Source: an uncultured delta proteobacterium
GTDB lineage: Bacteria > Myxococcota_A > UBA9160 > SMWR01
Reading direction: 5' to 3'
Assembly (NCBI GenBank): GCA_963832165.1
Contig: CAWHTE010000003.1
Span: 352,001 to 416,000 of the forward strand
DNA: 64,000 nucleotides
Shown here: piece after piece, positions 41,701-51,980 of the stretch
How positions within the stretch are numbered: position 1 is the first letter of the stretch
How the letters are laid out: each line of letters opens with the position of its first letter
Notes under the pieces: generated by a model
Databases searched by the model: none
Seen by the model: only the letters and a program-made list of their open reading frames with translations
Told to the model about the DNA's origin: nothing
Position numbers and translations under genes: made by a program

Positions 41701-42757
41701 CGATCAGCCGCGGCTCGTGTCCGGACCGGTCGTGCAGGCGCGCGAGCGCACGCAGTGCTTCGGGCTCCTCGGGTGCTGCCGCGATCCAGCGCTGCACCCA
41801 GCGCACGGCCTGATCGGGCGTGCCGAGCTGCGTGTGAAGCCGCTCGATCTCGCCCACGAGCGCCCCGAGGCGTTCGCGATCGCTCGTCACGAGCGCCTCT
41901 CGCTCGTATGCCGCGAGCGCAGCGGCGGCGCCGGGACCCGCGATTGCGGGCGCCGGGCGGCCCTCGACCTTCGCGCGCAGCCGCGAGACCGCTTCGTCGA
42001 CGGCGGGTGCAGACGGATCGAGCGCGTGGGCGCGTTCGTAGGCGTCGAGCGCGGCCTCGGGGTCGAAGAGCTGACACTCGTGCAGCTCGCCGAGCCGGAC
42101 GAGCCGCGCGACGGAGGCGCCCGAATCGGCAGCGCAGAATACGAGCGATCGCTCGAGTGCGCTCGCGAGGTCGGCGTTCCGCCCGAGTGTGGCGAGTGTC
42201 TCGACGAGCGCATCGACGGCGGCCGCGCTGTTCGGATCGCGCGCGGTTGCGGTCTCGAGGTGCGCGAGCGCGCGCTGTGACTCGCCGCAATCGCGGTAGA
42301 GCGACGCCGCCGTGAGCAGCGCGACGACGGGCACCTGGTCGGCGCGCATCTCGATCACGCGCTCGAGCGATTGGAGCAGGCGCGCCGCGCCCCCCTCGCG
42401 CGCGAGCGCACCGAGCCGCTCGTAGAGCGGCGCCGCGTCCGGCGCCGACTCGACGCCGCGGCAGATCCACTCGCGCGCGGCGGCAGGGTTGTGGAGCTCG
42501 CGCTGCTCGATCGCAGCCAGCTCGAGCGCGATCGCGGCGCGCTCCGTGGGCGCGATCGTGAAGCGACGCGCCTGCAGCAGAGCCAGGCGTACCCAGTCGG
42601 AGGACGCCCGCGCATGCTCGATGAGTGCGGAGAGCGCGGCGGGTTGGAACGGCTCGGCGAGCAGTGCGCGCCGCATGCGTGCGATCGTTTCGTGATCGCG
42701 ATCACGTGCAGACGAATCCGGCGGGAACCCGTCGGGCCCGTTCATCTCGCGCGCCAA
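35720..42757 (-). CDS. Giant (2345 aa) TPR-repeat protein, AgmK-like architecture
   Basis: Uninterrupted ORF with dozens of A..AY..AL..DP....A...L..L repeats; RBS before the TTG start; stop overlaps the PilZ start. Confidence 0.88.
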   Translation of the reverse strand: MAREMNGPDGFPPDSSARDRDHETIARMRRALLAEPFQPAALSALIEHARASSDWVRLALLQARRFTIAPTERAAIALELAAIEQRELHNPAAAREWICRGVESAPDAAPLYERLGALAREGGAARLLQSLERVIEMRADQVPVVALLTAASLYRDCGESQRALAHLETATARDPNSAAAVDALVETLATLGRNADLASALERSLVFCAADSGASVARLVRLGELHECQLFDPEAALDAYERAHALDPSAPAVDEAVSRLRAKVEGRPAPAIAGPGAAAALAAYEREALVTSDRERLGALVGEIERLHTQLGTPDQAVRWVQRWIAAAPEEPEALRALARLHDRSGHEPRLIAALSALDRLLEPGEQAANRKRIGALHTSLGKPDAAERAFAHALEIAPDDVTALAGRADALRELGRIDELIPALEHLAEGQTEAPRIATRLELAQILEQRRDLARAIAVLGRTESEGAGGAEISDRIDGLLARASRHGELEQRLARRAAACERSPAAAAIELRRAEVLLDELGRAQDAVAAYRSVLEHEPESREARAGLERALREGGDAAGLAAFLEDQERGAEEPARSQVALERAVLLEEQLARPDDALAIFARLAAESADPSTARSAEQHCERLLEQLQRWPALREHWLRSLGHSVDEDARLHERLARLCAERLGDGAAEVEHLERVVALDAQRSDIWQKLAGHYERAQRVDDSVRALEAELANRPDHTREIELRARLAELHLECARPDSAREHYERVFDLCPAHSAAAHFLEHAYEESERFEDVVALLETRLAAIDATTDPHTTSRRTALRLQIAHVREAHLDDLEGSISALEVALEELGPDAVVTEPLAAAYQRGEYHADLIELCTTAATASEDPAERANWWARLGDAHLCIDQPSEAADAYRRSLTERPGDRAIEASLRELYRALGRSEPLVELLEAELRHLAGNAEIPVRLELVERLRATRPGHALLHASRVLQLAPRHRAALDAAVEIAEMLGRHDDALALLDARIRASQSPRESAEWRVRKARLLAGSLAQPASAIQCYRAALDADPTRHEAPDLRREQSALLEQEQRWSEWLDCEASRLQDCAPAERATLIDHAGRVAWERISPEAALPWLERLRHEWPTNADVLGRISRAHRELGQREALVRALEAEAALAQGEARSRCHLERATLLRDAGDTGRALSALAEAGALPDALRLREQIERELGHHARRATTLEALLAQCGSDLALHRELAALYAKELREPGSAVRHWEAARRLVPAGSPAEVEILASLAAAERANGRIAAWARHSERELAALDPAPVFDDRRRELRRELAFTYDAVLARPDSALAHLRVLLDTDDVALLGRDTLDRVELACLRLLRSEGNAVELERRLAHRLDRVGGAARDWLDLALLREETLRRTSAAWEAYRKALECEPANLEALRGMRRTAERLGRWRDVADALERELDVARDRDPADRGALLRALADIHWHRLSSTTRASRCYAAALEANASDFAALRALERLLEAMEDWRGALDLYESEVEVLGSANPKRRREIWLHVTSLASERADDPERARNALRRAGEIDPLDTPQIAQLAALHEAVGDRESFVAAYATWCDAPDSGAAAPEHLRLAVALEELGHIDAATARIEVAIASQPADAAVWDAAARLRAATGDPIGSARALSRAAEYEPHPALAAARLRDAAARCSEQDPEQALALLRTAVARAPDDAAAHAARARLASQLSGHEEAELAARAALEIAPGALDTAARAAVARTGAESARSRGRIEVAASFYAEALRIDPDHAGALGAYGEMLVALGDHPAARSALVRRLARGERYPERATHCALLGRCLELAGEPEEALAHYGAALHCDPLHAVALESTARVLEALDRIDPGIAAIERWARAARTGEERALRLLRAAQWELRRGGRVESAVRHLGAAVAADPGLAPASIALAGLQIDAGRLDAAIESTDRAAAHVHDPIEFAALANLQGRALEQKGERREAALCFGIAAECDPRCAEAALAQARLLRGFGEWREAASALDAFAERHPTNDDPALADVYEQLARLLAGPLEELQSAVLRYRRAIELAPERIEARAALAELLSHRPGDWVEALEHLRLVLTKRPAHARSLRVALRIARARAESEQVAAGVAILRALGIATSRESEADAAGAALVTRETALADPRFETLRRIAMEAASELARALGGSTPTPAAAPNGDPVVAFRGRVLAIQAELSAAVLLTQSARDVREVLELLVQLALQPEHVNGHGTLVNALSESLGRRRLRKLRRILGDDANPRDFAGVDYDAWRTELRALAAAEAIRRDATPLRTAIVALIAESDSASELSGDAPIAPHVEADPVACALLRRLVEDWLGRL

Positions 42758-42791
42758 GTCCCCGCCTCCCCTTCGAAAAGCGTTCTCCTAC

Positions 42792-42819
42792 TCATCGACC
42801 GATGGGGTCGTGGGCTTGA
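42792..42819 (-). promoter_or_regulatory. sigma28/FliA-like promoter candidate 4
   Basis: Minus strand TCAAG-N15-GTCGATGA, about 35 nt before the giant TPR gene start. Confidence 0.6.
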
Positions 42820-42914
42820 CCGGGATCGTTTTTGCCGCGATCGGCGATTCGTCTTCCGTTTCGGTAACTTAGGCGGGCAGTTCCGGCTCGGGTGCCGGTC
42901 CCCCTCCGCCCGTC

Positions 42915-42954
42915 CGCAAGTTTCGCGCAGCGAGCCACTGGCGAGCGAAGACGA
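42915..42954 (+). repeat. GA-hairpin repeat copy
   Basis: CGCAAGTTTCGCGCAGCGAGCCACTGGCGAGCGAAGACGA; nearly identical to the 29091 copy apart from the loop. Confidence 0.85.
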
Positions 42955-42977
42955 TAAGACCAGCCGAGAGATCCACC

Positions 42978-45304
42978 TTGCCCGACGAAGCCCCGCGCGA
43001 CCCGAGTCCGCTGCCCGCTGCGGGGGTGCGTCCGCCGCTTCCGCCGGCCGAGCGGCGCCGGCGCGTGCGCGAGCTCTGGATCGGCGTGGTGCTGATCGCC
43101 GCGGTCAGCGGCCTGCTGCTCCTGCCTTCGATCACGGGGCTCACGCAGGGGGTCGGCGACAGCGGTCTGTTCCTGTTCCTGAATGCGGTGACCGTGATCC
43201 TGATCCTGATCTTCGGCTTCCTCGTCACGCGGAACTTCTGGAAGCTGGTGGGCGAGCGGCGCCGCGGGATCCTCGGCTCGCACCTGAACCTCAAGTTCGT
43301 GGCCGCGTTCGTGTTGATCGCGCTCGTCACGACCTCGGGCCTGTTCGTCGTGTCGGCGTTCTTCATCACGCAGTCGATCGACAAGTGGTTCAGCGTGCAG
43401 GTCGACCGCGCGCTCGAGGAGAGCGGCGAGGTCGCCGAGAGCTATTACGAGTCGACCGCCACCAACGCGATGTTCTACGGCTCGCGGATCGCCGAGCTCA
43501 TCGCGGGCGAGCGGCTGCTGCGCGAGGGTGCGCAGGCCGAGCTCGAAAGGCTCGTGCAGACGAAACAGCGCGAGTACAACCTCGGCGTCGTCGAGATCTT
43601 CGGCTCGGACGGCGAGGAGCTCGTGAGCGGGATCAACCCCGAGATTCCCGCGGCGAGCTTCTCGCGCCCCGACCCCGACCTCGTGCGCGCGGCGCTGCGC
43701 GGCGAAGCCGGCTGGCACGTCGACGAGGTCGGCAGCGGCGACGTGGTGCGCGGCGCGGTGCCGATCGCCTCGTCGCTGCGCCGCGGGAAGCCCGTAGGCG
43801 CCGTGGTCGTGAACGTGCTGATTCCGTTCTCGCAGGCGCGCAAGGTCGCCAGCATCCGCTCCACGCTCGACGCCTACCGCCAGCTGCAGCCCGCAGCGGG
43901 TCACATCCGCGGTGCCTATATCCTCCAGCTGCTGCTCGCGTCCAGCGTCGTGCTGATGCTCGCGCTGTGGATGGGCTTCCGGCTCGCGAAGGGCGTGACG
44001 GGCCCGATCCGCGCGCTCGCGGAGGGCACCGCGGAGGTCGCGCGCGGCAATCTCGACGTGTCGGTGCAGGCGACCAGCGACGACGAGATCGGCTTCCTGG
44101 TAGGGTCGTTCAACCAGATGATCCGCGACCTGCGCGACGCGCGCAGCGGCATCGAGCGCTCGGCCACCGAGCTCGAGCGGCGCCGGCGCTACATGGAGAT
44201 CGTGCTGGGCACGGTCGGCGCGGGCGTCGTCTCGGTCGACGCCGAGGGCCGGATCAGCACGATCAATCCGTCGGCACAGCGCTTCCTGGGCATTCCGGCG
44301 GGCAGCGGACTCCTGGGGCAGAAGCTCGCCGACGTGGTGCATCGGCCCGAGCTGACCCAGGTGATCGAAGAGCTGTCGACCGCGCTGCGCCCGGGCGTGC
44401 GCGAGAGCATCCGTCGCCAGGTGCAGGTGCCGCTCGACGACGACATCGCGACGCTGTTCGTCACGCTCACCGTGATGCACGACGAGGCCGGCGACGTGCT
44501 CGGCACGGTGGTCGTGTTCGACGACTACACCCAGCTCGTGAAGGTGCAGCGCATGGCGGCCTGGCGCGAGGTGGCGCGCCGGATCGCGCACGAGATCAAG
44601 AACCCGCTCACGCCGATCCAGCTCTCCGCACAGCGCCTGCGCCGCCGCTTCGCGGACCAGCTCAAGGGCAACCCCGAGAACGAGAAGATCTTCGACGAGT
44701 GCGTCGACGCGATCACGACCCAGGTCGACACGCTCAAGGTGCTCGTGGACGAGTTCCAGAATTTCGCGCGTCTGCCCGCGGGGCAGCCGCGCCCCGACGA
44801 TCTGAACCGGATCGTCGGCGAGGCGATGGCGAGCTATGCGGGCACCGACGACGTCGAGTTCGTGACCGATCTCGATCCCGAGCTGCCGACGGTGGACCTC
44901 GACCGCGACCAGATGCGCCGCGCGCTCACGAACCTGATCGACAACGCGGTGGCGGCGGTCAAGCGCCGGCTCCAGCTCGACGACACCGGGCAGCCCGGAC
45001 GCATCACGCTGCGCAGCGCACACGACCCGCTGCTGCAGAGCGTGCGGATCGAGGTAGCGGACGACGGGATCGGCATTCCGCAGCAGGATCGGCGGCGCGT
45101 GTTCGAGCCCTACTTCTCGACGAAGGACCGCGGAACCGGGCTCGGGCTCGCGATCGTCTCGCGCATCATCGCAGACCACCACGGCTACATCCGGGTGCAG
45201 AACAACGAGCCGCGCGGCGCGCGCTTCGTGGTCGAGCTGCCCGTCTCCCGGCTCGACGCCGACCGCGGCGCCATCTCCGGTGAGACGCCTGCCGGGAGCA
45301 CTAG

Positions 45305-45308
<4 letters not shown>
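42978..45308 (+). CDS. ntrY: NtrY-like HAMP/PAS sensor histidine kinase
   Basis: N-terminal TM helices, SIDKWF, HAMP (GPIRALAEGTAEVARGNL...SFNQM), AAWREVARRIAHEIKNPLTPIQLS, GTGLGLAIV. Confidence 0.9.
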
Positions 45309-46650
<1,342 letters not shown>

Positions 46651-46654
<4 letters not shown>

Positions 46655-47487
46655 GCCCGTCGGTGGCTCCCCGCCGAGAGGTTCCGATCCGCGGCCTGGG
46701 TCGCGTGGTGTCGCTCTCCGACGAGGGCGGTGTGAATCGCCGGCTCGTGGTTGCGCTGCCGCGCTGGCCGGGCTCGCAACCGGGGCAGTTCGTCATGCTG
46801 TCGCCGGGCGGGCTCGGGTCCGCAACGCGCTGTGATCCGCTGCTGCCGCGACCCATGGCGGTGTACCGCACGCACGTCGCCGACGGTGACCCGCATGTGG
46901 AGATCCTGTTCAAGGTGCACGGCCGCGGAACGGCGCTGCTCGCCGATCTCGAGCCGGGCGCGCGAGTCGCGGTGGTCGGACCGCTCGGCACGCCGTTCCC
47001 GGACCCGGCGCCGGGCGCGCGCGCGGTGATCGTCGCGGGCGGAACCGGGATCGCGTCGGTCTACGAGTTCGCAGCCGGGTTGCGCGCGCGCGGCGCGGCC
47101 GTGTCGGTGCTGCTCGGCGCGCGCAGCGCAGGCGACCTGATGGGCGAGGCCGACTTCGCCGCGAGTGGAATCGATCTCGCGATCGCGACCGAGGACGGCT
47201 CGCGCGGAACGCGCGGGCTCGTGACGGATCTGCTCGCGGACGCGCTCGCCGCGCCGGGAGAAGCGGTCGTCTACGCGTGCGGTCCCACGCCGATGATGGC
47301 GGCGGTCGCACGCATGGCCGAGCAGCGCGGCCTGGCGTGCTGGGTCTCGCTCGAGAATCCGATGGCGTGCGGCTTCGGCGTGTGTCTCGGCTGTGCGGCG
47401 CCGCTGCGCGACGGCGGCTTCGCGCTCGTGTGCCGCGACGGGCCGGTGCTGCCCGCGAACGCGGTCGCGTGGGAGTCGCTGCCGTGA
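46651..47487 (+). CDS. pyrK: Dihydroorotate dehydrogenase electron transfer subunit
   Basis: PGQFVML, LPRPM, GPLG, AGGTGIA, ACGPTPMM, MACGFGVCLGC...VCRDGPV. Confidence 0.93.
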
Positions 47488-48407
47488 GCGTCGACACGCG
47501 CGTCGACCTGGGCGGGATCGCGCTGCGCAACCCGGTGCTCACGGCGTCGGGCACGTTCGGCTACGGCACCGAGTTCGCGCCGTTCCTCGACCTCACGCGG
47601 ATCGGCGGCTTCGTCGCGAAGAGCCTCACGCTCGAGCCGCGGCGCGGAAATCCGCCGCCGCGGATCGCGGAGGCGCCGTCGGGCATGCTCAACGCGATCA
47701 GCCTCGAGAACGTCGGCGTCGACGCGTTCGTGTCCGAGAAGCTGCCCGCGCTGCCGAGCGGCGTCACCGTGATCGCGAGCCTGTTCGAGACCGAGATCGA
47801 GCGCTATGCGGAGGCCGCCAAGCGTCTGACGGGCGCGCCGCGCGTCGCGGGGCTCGAGGTGAACGCCTCGTGCCCGCACGTGAAGAGCGGAGGAATCGAG
47901 TTCGGCCAGCGACCCGAGCTGCTCGCGCGCCTCGTGCGCGCGGTGCGCGGCGCCACGAGCCTGCCGCTGCTCGTGAAGCTGTCGCCCAACGTCACCGACA
48001 TCGGCGAGATGGCGCGCGTGTGCGAGGGCGAGGGCGCCGACGGCGTCTCGCTGATCAACTCGGTGCAGGCGCTCGAGGTGAACCCCGAGACGCGTCGCCC
48101 GGTGTTGTCGAACGTGCTCGGCGGGCTGTCCGGGCCCGCGATCCGACCGATCGCGCTGCGCATGGTGTGGCAGGCGAGCCGCGCGGTGCGGATCCCGATC
48201 TGTGGGATGGGCGGAATCACGAGCGCGGCCGATGCGGTCAAGTTCCTGCTCTGCGGCGCCACGGCGGTGCAGGTGGGAACGCAGAACTACCTCGAGCCCG
48301 GCATCGCCGGAGACGTGGCCGATGGACTGGTCGCCTACGCCGAGCGTCACGGGATCACGCGGCTCGCCGACCTCACCGGGGCGCTCGAGCTTCCCGCTCG
48401 TCGATAG
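47484..48407 (+). CDS. pyrD: Dihydroorotate dehydrogenase 1B catalytic subunit
   Basis: NPVLTASGTFGYG, GNPPPRIAE, NASCPHV, VKLSPNVTD, GGLSGPAIRP, GATAVQVGT. Confidence 0.96.
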   Translation: MSVDTRVDLGGIALRNPVLTASGTFGYGTEFAPFLDLTRIGGFVAKSLTLEPRRGNPPPRIAEAPSGMLNAISLENVGVDAFVSEKLPALPSGVTVIASLFETEIERYAEAAKRLTGAPRVAGLEVNASCPHVKSGGIEFGQRPELLARLVRAVRGATSLPLLVKLSPNVTDIGEMARVCEGEGADGVSLINSVQALEVNPETRRPVLSNVLGGLSGPAIRPIALRMVWQASRAVRIPICGMGGITSAADAVKFLLCGATAVQVGTQNYLEPGIAGDVADGLVAYAERHGITRLADLTGALELPARR

Positions 48408-49125
48408 TCTCGCGCGCTCGCCGTATCAGCCACGATGCGAGGACGACGCACGCGCCGAGGGCCGCCATGCCGAGGATGCCGTCGCGCTCCCACTGCGTGT
48501 GATGGGTCCCGGCCATGCGGGTCACGTGGACGGCCGCGGCGCCGAAGTACAGCGTCGGCAACATGTGCGGGAACATTCCGAGGTTGCCGACGAAGGCGTT
48601 GCGTAGCGGGACTCCGGCCGCGCCGAACGCGTAGCCGAGCAGGGCCTGGTTGACCGGGACGAGGCGCACGAGGAAGGTGAGCCGCGTTCCTCCCGTGGCC
48701 GCTCTCTCGACGAGGCCTCGGATCCGGGCGCTCTTCTCGAGTCGGCGCAGCACGGGCGCTCGCAGCCAGTGACCGCCGAGCCAATGACTGAGCAGACTCA
48801 TGACGTACACGGCCCCGGCGTAGTAGATCGTGCCCGCGACCGGCCCGAACGCCACGCCCGCGGCGAGGGCGAAGAGCGTGTCCGGCACCAGGAGCGGTTC
48901 GAGCAGGATCAGCGCCGCGCAGAACACGACCGGTCCCCAGGGCCCGAGATTCTCGATCGCAAGCTCGAAGCGGGGGAGGCCGTCGGCGAGGTGATGTCCC
49001 TGCCACGCGAGCAACGCGAGCATCACCGCGGCGACCGGCCAGAGGAAGCGATGCGTCTTCAACTCGGTGATCTTGCGCCGGTCCGCGCCGCGATCGCGGT
49101 TACCTGGGTCGCTTCCCGAGAGCAT
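48373..49125 (-). CDS. TVP38/TMEM64 (DedA/VTT) family membrane protein
   Basis: LGPWGPVVF, LLVPDTLFALAAGVAFG, FLVRLVP, YAFG; start uncertain. Confidence 0.85.
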   Translation of the reverse strand: MLSGSDPGNRDRGADRRKITELKTHRFLWPVAAVMLALLAWQGHHLADGLPRFELAIENLGPWGPVVFCAALILLEPLLVPDTLFALAAGVAFGPVAGTIYYAGAVYVMSLLSHWLGGHWLRAPVLRRLEKSARIRGLVERAATGGTRLTFLVRLVPVNQALLGYAFGAAGVPLRNAFVGNLGMFPHMLPTLYFGAAAVHVTRMAGTHHTQWERDGILGMAALGACVVLASWLIRRARETIDEREARAPR

Positions 49126-51772
49126 CGGGCGGGGGCGCCAGGAGCTGGAACCTGTTGAACAGCGGATTCGGGTCGACGTTCGAATCGACGTGGATGCCCT
49201 TGCACCAGCCTGGATCGCTGACGTTGGTGCAGTCGACGACCGAGTCGACGTTGGCCTGCGTCCACGGGACGGCCTCCCGGACCACGACCTGATATCTCCT
49301 GTCGCTCGCGTCTCTCACGGTGATCGTGCACGGGTTCGCCGGCGAGACGCCGTTCGCGATCGTGTCCACGATGACGCGAGGCGTATCCGGAACGCCCGAC
49401 GTGGGGGTCGGAATCGGCGTGAAGTTGGCGTCCTGGCAGACGGCGAAGTCCTTCCACCTCGGCCTGTTCTGAGACTTCGAATCGCCCAGGATCATCACGA
49501 AGTCTTTGCTGTAGTCCGGGCCATTCGGATCGGGCTCACGGGGCGCACCCGCGGTCACGTAGTTCTGCTGCTTGAGGTTGTAATCCGTGTCCGTGTGCAC
49601 GGTGATGTCGTTGCACCAGCTCGCGCCGTCGGAACTGGGCGCGTTCGCGCTGCAGTCGATGAACTGGACCGCCTTCCCCGTCTTGGGGTCGACGTAGTTG
49701 TAACAATCGGGCCGGGGCGTCAGCGAGGGGACGCCGCACGCGAAGATCGTGGGATGGTTGTTGCTGTCCAGGCGCGCGGGGGGATAGGGTGGCCCCTTCA
49801 GGATCGTCAACGCGTACCGGTTGAAGAGGTTGTCGCCCAGAGCGATCGGGCAGTTCTCGATGTCCTTGGTATTCGAGTTCCAGATGTTCAGAACGCTGTC
49901 GAACCTGTAGTCGATCTGATGGTTCAGGCTCTCGTTGCAGACGCTGTAGTTCGTGAAATGCACCGGGTCGAGCTCGCCGCCGCCGAATCCGAAATAGACG
50001 GGTGACGTCGCCGCGTTCGGATTCGGCAGGCCCCTCGTCCCGCCCATCGCGATGATCAACCCCGTCCCCTCGCCCTGGAAGTTGCCCAGCGCGTCGTCGA
50101 CCGAGTAGGAATACACGTTCGTCGCGTCCATGTAGGACGCGTCGTGAACCAGCTGCACGTACGGGTTGAAGAGCGGGTGCGCGTCATCCAGCGGCAGCTG
50201 CTCGCCCTTGTTCAACCGGTCGAACGTCCTCTTCTGGTTCGGGTAATCCGGGTTCGGCGGGAACTGCGGGAATTCCGCGTGCCCTCCTTCGAGCGTGTTC
50301 CACTGCGCGGGACAGCCGTCGTTGAACGGGGTCCAGCCGTAGACATGCCCTAGCAGCGTGCTCAGGTTCATGGGAATCGGGTCTACGTCTTGATTGCACG
50401 GGTGCCTGCCGTCGACGAGATCGGCGTAGTGGGCCGTGTAGCTGGCGTAGTTGTTCAGGAACAGGTCATAGACGGTCCTGATGTCGGTGCACGTCGGGCT
50501 CTGATCGGTCGTGTTCGCCGTACAGCCTTGCCACAGGTCCACGAGCGTCCCGATCGGCTCCCAGAGGCATTCGCCCGCGAGAAGGTCGTAATCCTGGTCG
50601 CCAACCGCGACCTTCGTCGGCGGACACGGCGGCGCCGTGTAGATCCCGCTCGGCAGGACGAACTTGTCTCGGGACTCCGGCGTGTTGCAGGCGACGCACT
50701 CCATGCTCGCGAAAACCTGGAGCGGCGCCGGCACCTTGATCAGGTCCGTGTTCTGCGGCGGCAGGAGACAGGCCTCGACGTCGGTCGGCGGAGAGACGAA
50801 CTGGGGCCAGCCCTCGTAGGGAGAGCTTCCCGTCAGTCCGAGGAACTTCGCGATGTCTCGCTGCACCGTCGAAATCGCCTTGGGTGAGCCGTAGTAGCCG
50901 GGGTAGTTGGACGCGCCTCTGATGCTCGCCTCATCGGGAGGGTCGATGAACGATTCCACGAGGCCAGGCAGGAACGCGAAATTGACGTACGAGATGTCGA
51001 AGTCGACGTTATTCGTCTGCAGGTAGTACTTGGGCTGCGGAGGCGGCAGATTCGTGGTGGGAATCGCGCCGAGCGAGTACTCCACGATCTGAGACGGATC
51101 GTTGACGGGCAATGACGGGGAGCCGCACGCGTCGCCCACGCACGACTTGTAGATCTCCAGTGGCTGTGTGCAGCCGACACAGGCGGGCGGGTTCGCGGTG
51201 GCGGTGATTGGATGGCTCTGATCGGCCAGGCGATCCTGCGTCAAGGTCGGGGGAGGGCACGCGTCGCCCTGAACGTAGGGGCTCGTGAAGAGGTAGACCC
51301 TGCCACCTTGCCACCAGTCGATGAACTGGTCGTGCTGAGTCGGGTCGATGGTCGGTACGAGCTGCGTGAAGAGTGGAAGCGTGATCGTGACGGATCCGTT
51401 CGGCGGAATGCCCGCGCCCTCCGGATCGACGTACAGACGGTATGCGAATGCCCTCGGGAATGCGTGACAGGCATCCTCGGTCTGCGTCGCGCTGAGCTGA
51501 AAGAACGCCTGCATCCATTGATCGACGGGACCCGGACCCGTCTCGAACACGGGATAGAGGCTCCGGTTCGAGTTGTTGTAGATCTTGATCGTCATCTGGG
51601 GAACGGGCGTGATCGGGGCCGGAGGCAGCGTGCACACGGGCTGCGCGGTGCTCTCGTCGGCTCGTCCCAGGACGAGCGCAAGCAGGACGAGAAGGAGGGC
51701 AGGGCGGCGCCCGGCAGCTCCGCGATGAGCGCAGCGATTCCGGCGCGCGAGGGTCGCTATCGAGGACGTCAC
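49100..51772 (-). CDS. Secreted Cys/Pro-rich protein, GH64/thaumatin-like N-terminal region plus two C-terminal Cys-rich repeats
   Basis: Signal-like hydrophobic stretch; TIKIYNNS, QIVEYSL...DFDISYVNFAFLP, NPYVQLVH, VYSYSVDD. Confidence 0.7.
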   Translation of the reverse strand: MTSSIATLARRNRCAHRGAAGRRPALLLVLLALVLGRADESTAQPVCTLPPAPITPVPQMTIKIYNNSNRSLYPVFETGPGPVDQWMQAFFQLSATQTEDACHAFPRAFAYRLYVDPEGAGIPPNGSVTITLPLFTQLVPTIDPTQHDQFIDWWQGGRVYLFTSPYVQGDACPPPTLTQDRLADQSHPITATANPPACVGCTQPLEIYKSCVGDACGSPSLPVNDPSQIVEYSLGAIPTTNLPPPQPKYYLQTNNVDFDISYVNFAFLPGLVESFIDPPDEASIRGASNYPGYYGSPKAISTVQRDIAKFLGLTGSSPYEGWPQFVSPPTDVEACLLPPQNTDLIKVPAPLQVFASMECVACNTPESRDKFVLPSGIYTAPPCPPTKVAVGDQDYDLLAGECLWEPIGTLVDLWQGCTANTTDQSPTCTDIRTVYDLFLNNYASYTAHYADLVDGRHPCNQDVDPIPMNLSTLLGHVYGWTPFNDGCPAQWNTLEGGHAEFPQFPPNPDYPNQKRTFDRLNKGEQLPLDDAHPLFNPYVQLVHDASYMDATNVYSYSVDDALGNFQGEGTGLIIAMGGTRGLPNPNAATSPVYFGFGGGELDPVHFTNYSVCNESLNHQIDYRFDSVLNIWNSNTKDIENCPIALGDNLFNRYALTILKGPPYPPARLDSNNHPTIFACGVPSLTPRPDCYNYVDPKTGKAVQFIDCSANAPSSDGASWCNDITVHTDTDYNLKQQNYVTAGAPREPDPNGPDYSKDFVMILGDSKSQNRPRWKDFAVCQDANFTPIPTPTSGVPDTPRVIVDTIANGVSPANPCTITVRDASDRRYQVVVREAVPWTQANVDSVVDCTNVSDPGWCKGIHVDSNVDPNPLFNRFQLLAPPPDALGKRPR

Positions 51773-51980
51773 GGATCCTTAGTCGGACCCCCCGGTCCTC
51801 CGGATTTCAGGCGCGCCCATCCTACGAGGCGCACGAGTGACGTGTCCAGGGAATTCGATTTGCGCCGACGTAGTGAACGACGAGGCGCGAGGTCGCTCGA
51901 TAGATTCTTGTTGACGAGTGGGAGTGATTTCTCCACCTAATTCAATGACAACGCGCCCCGACTTACACCACGGACCATCC

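Noticed and set aside
35714..45283. Long antisense and alternate-frame ORFs (e.g. 35714..37624, 36562..38829, 42371..45283, 42792..45182; likewise 26911..29814 and 31026..33362)
   Set aside because: Arg/Ala-rich shadow ORFs expected at very high GC, overlapping well-supported genes and lacking motifs
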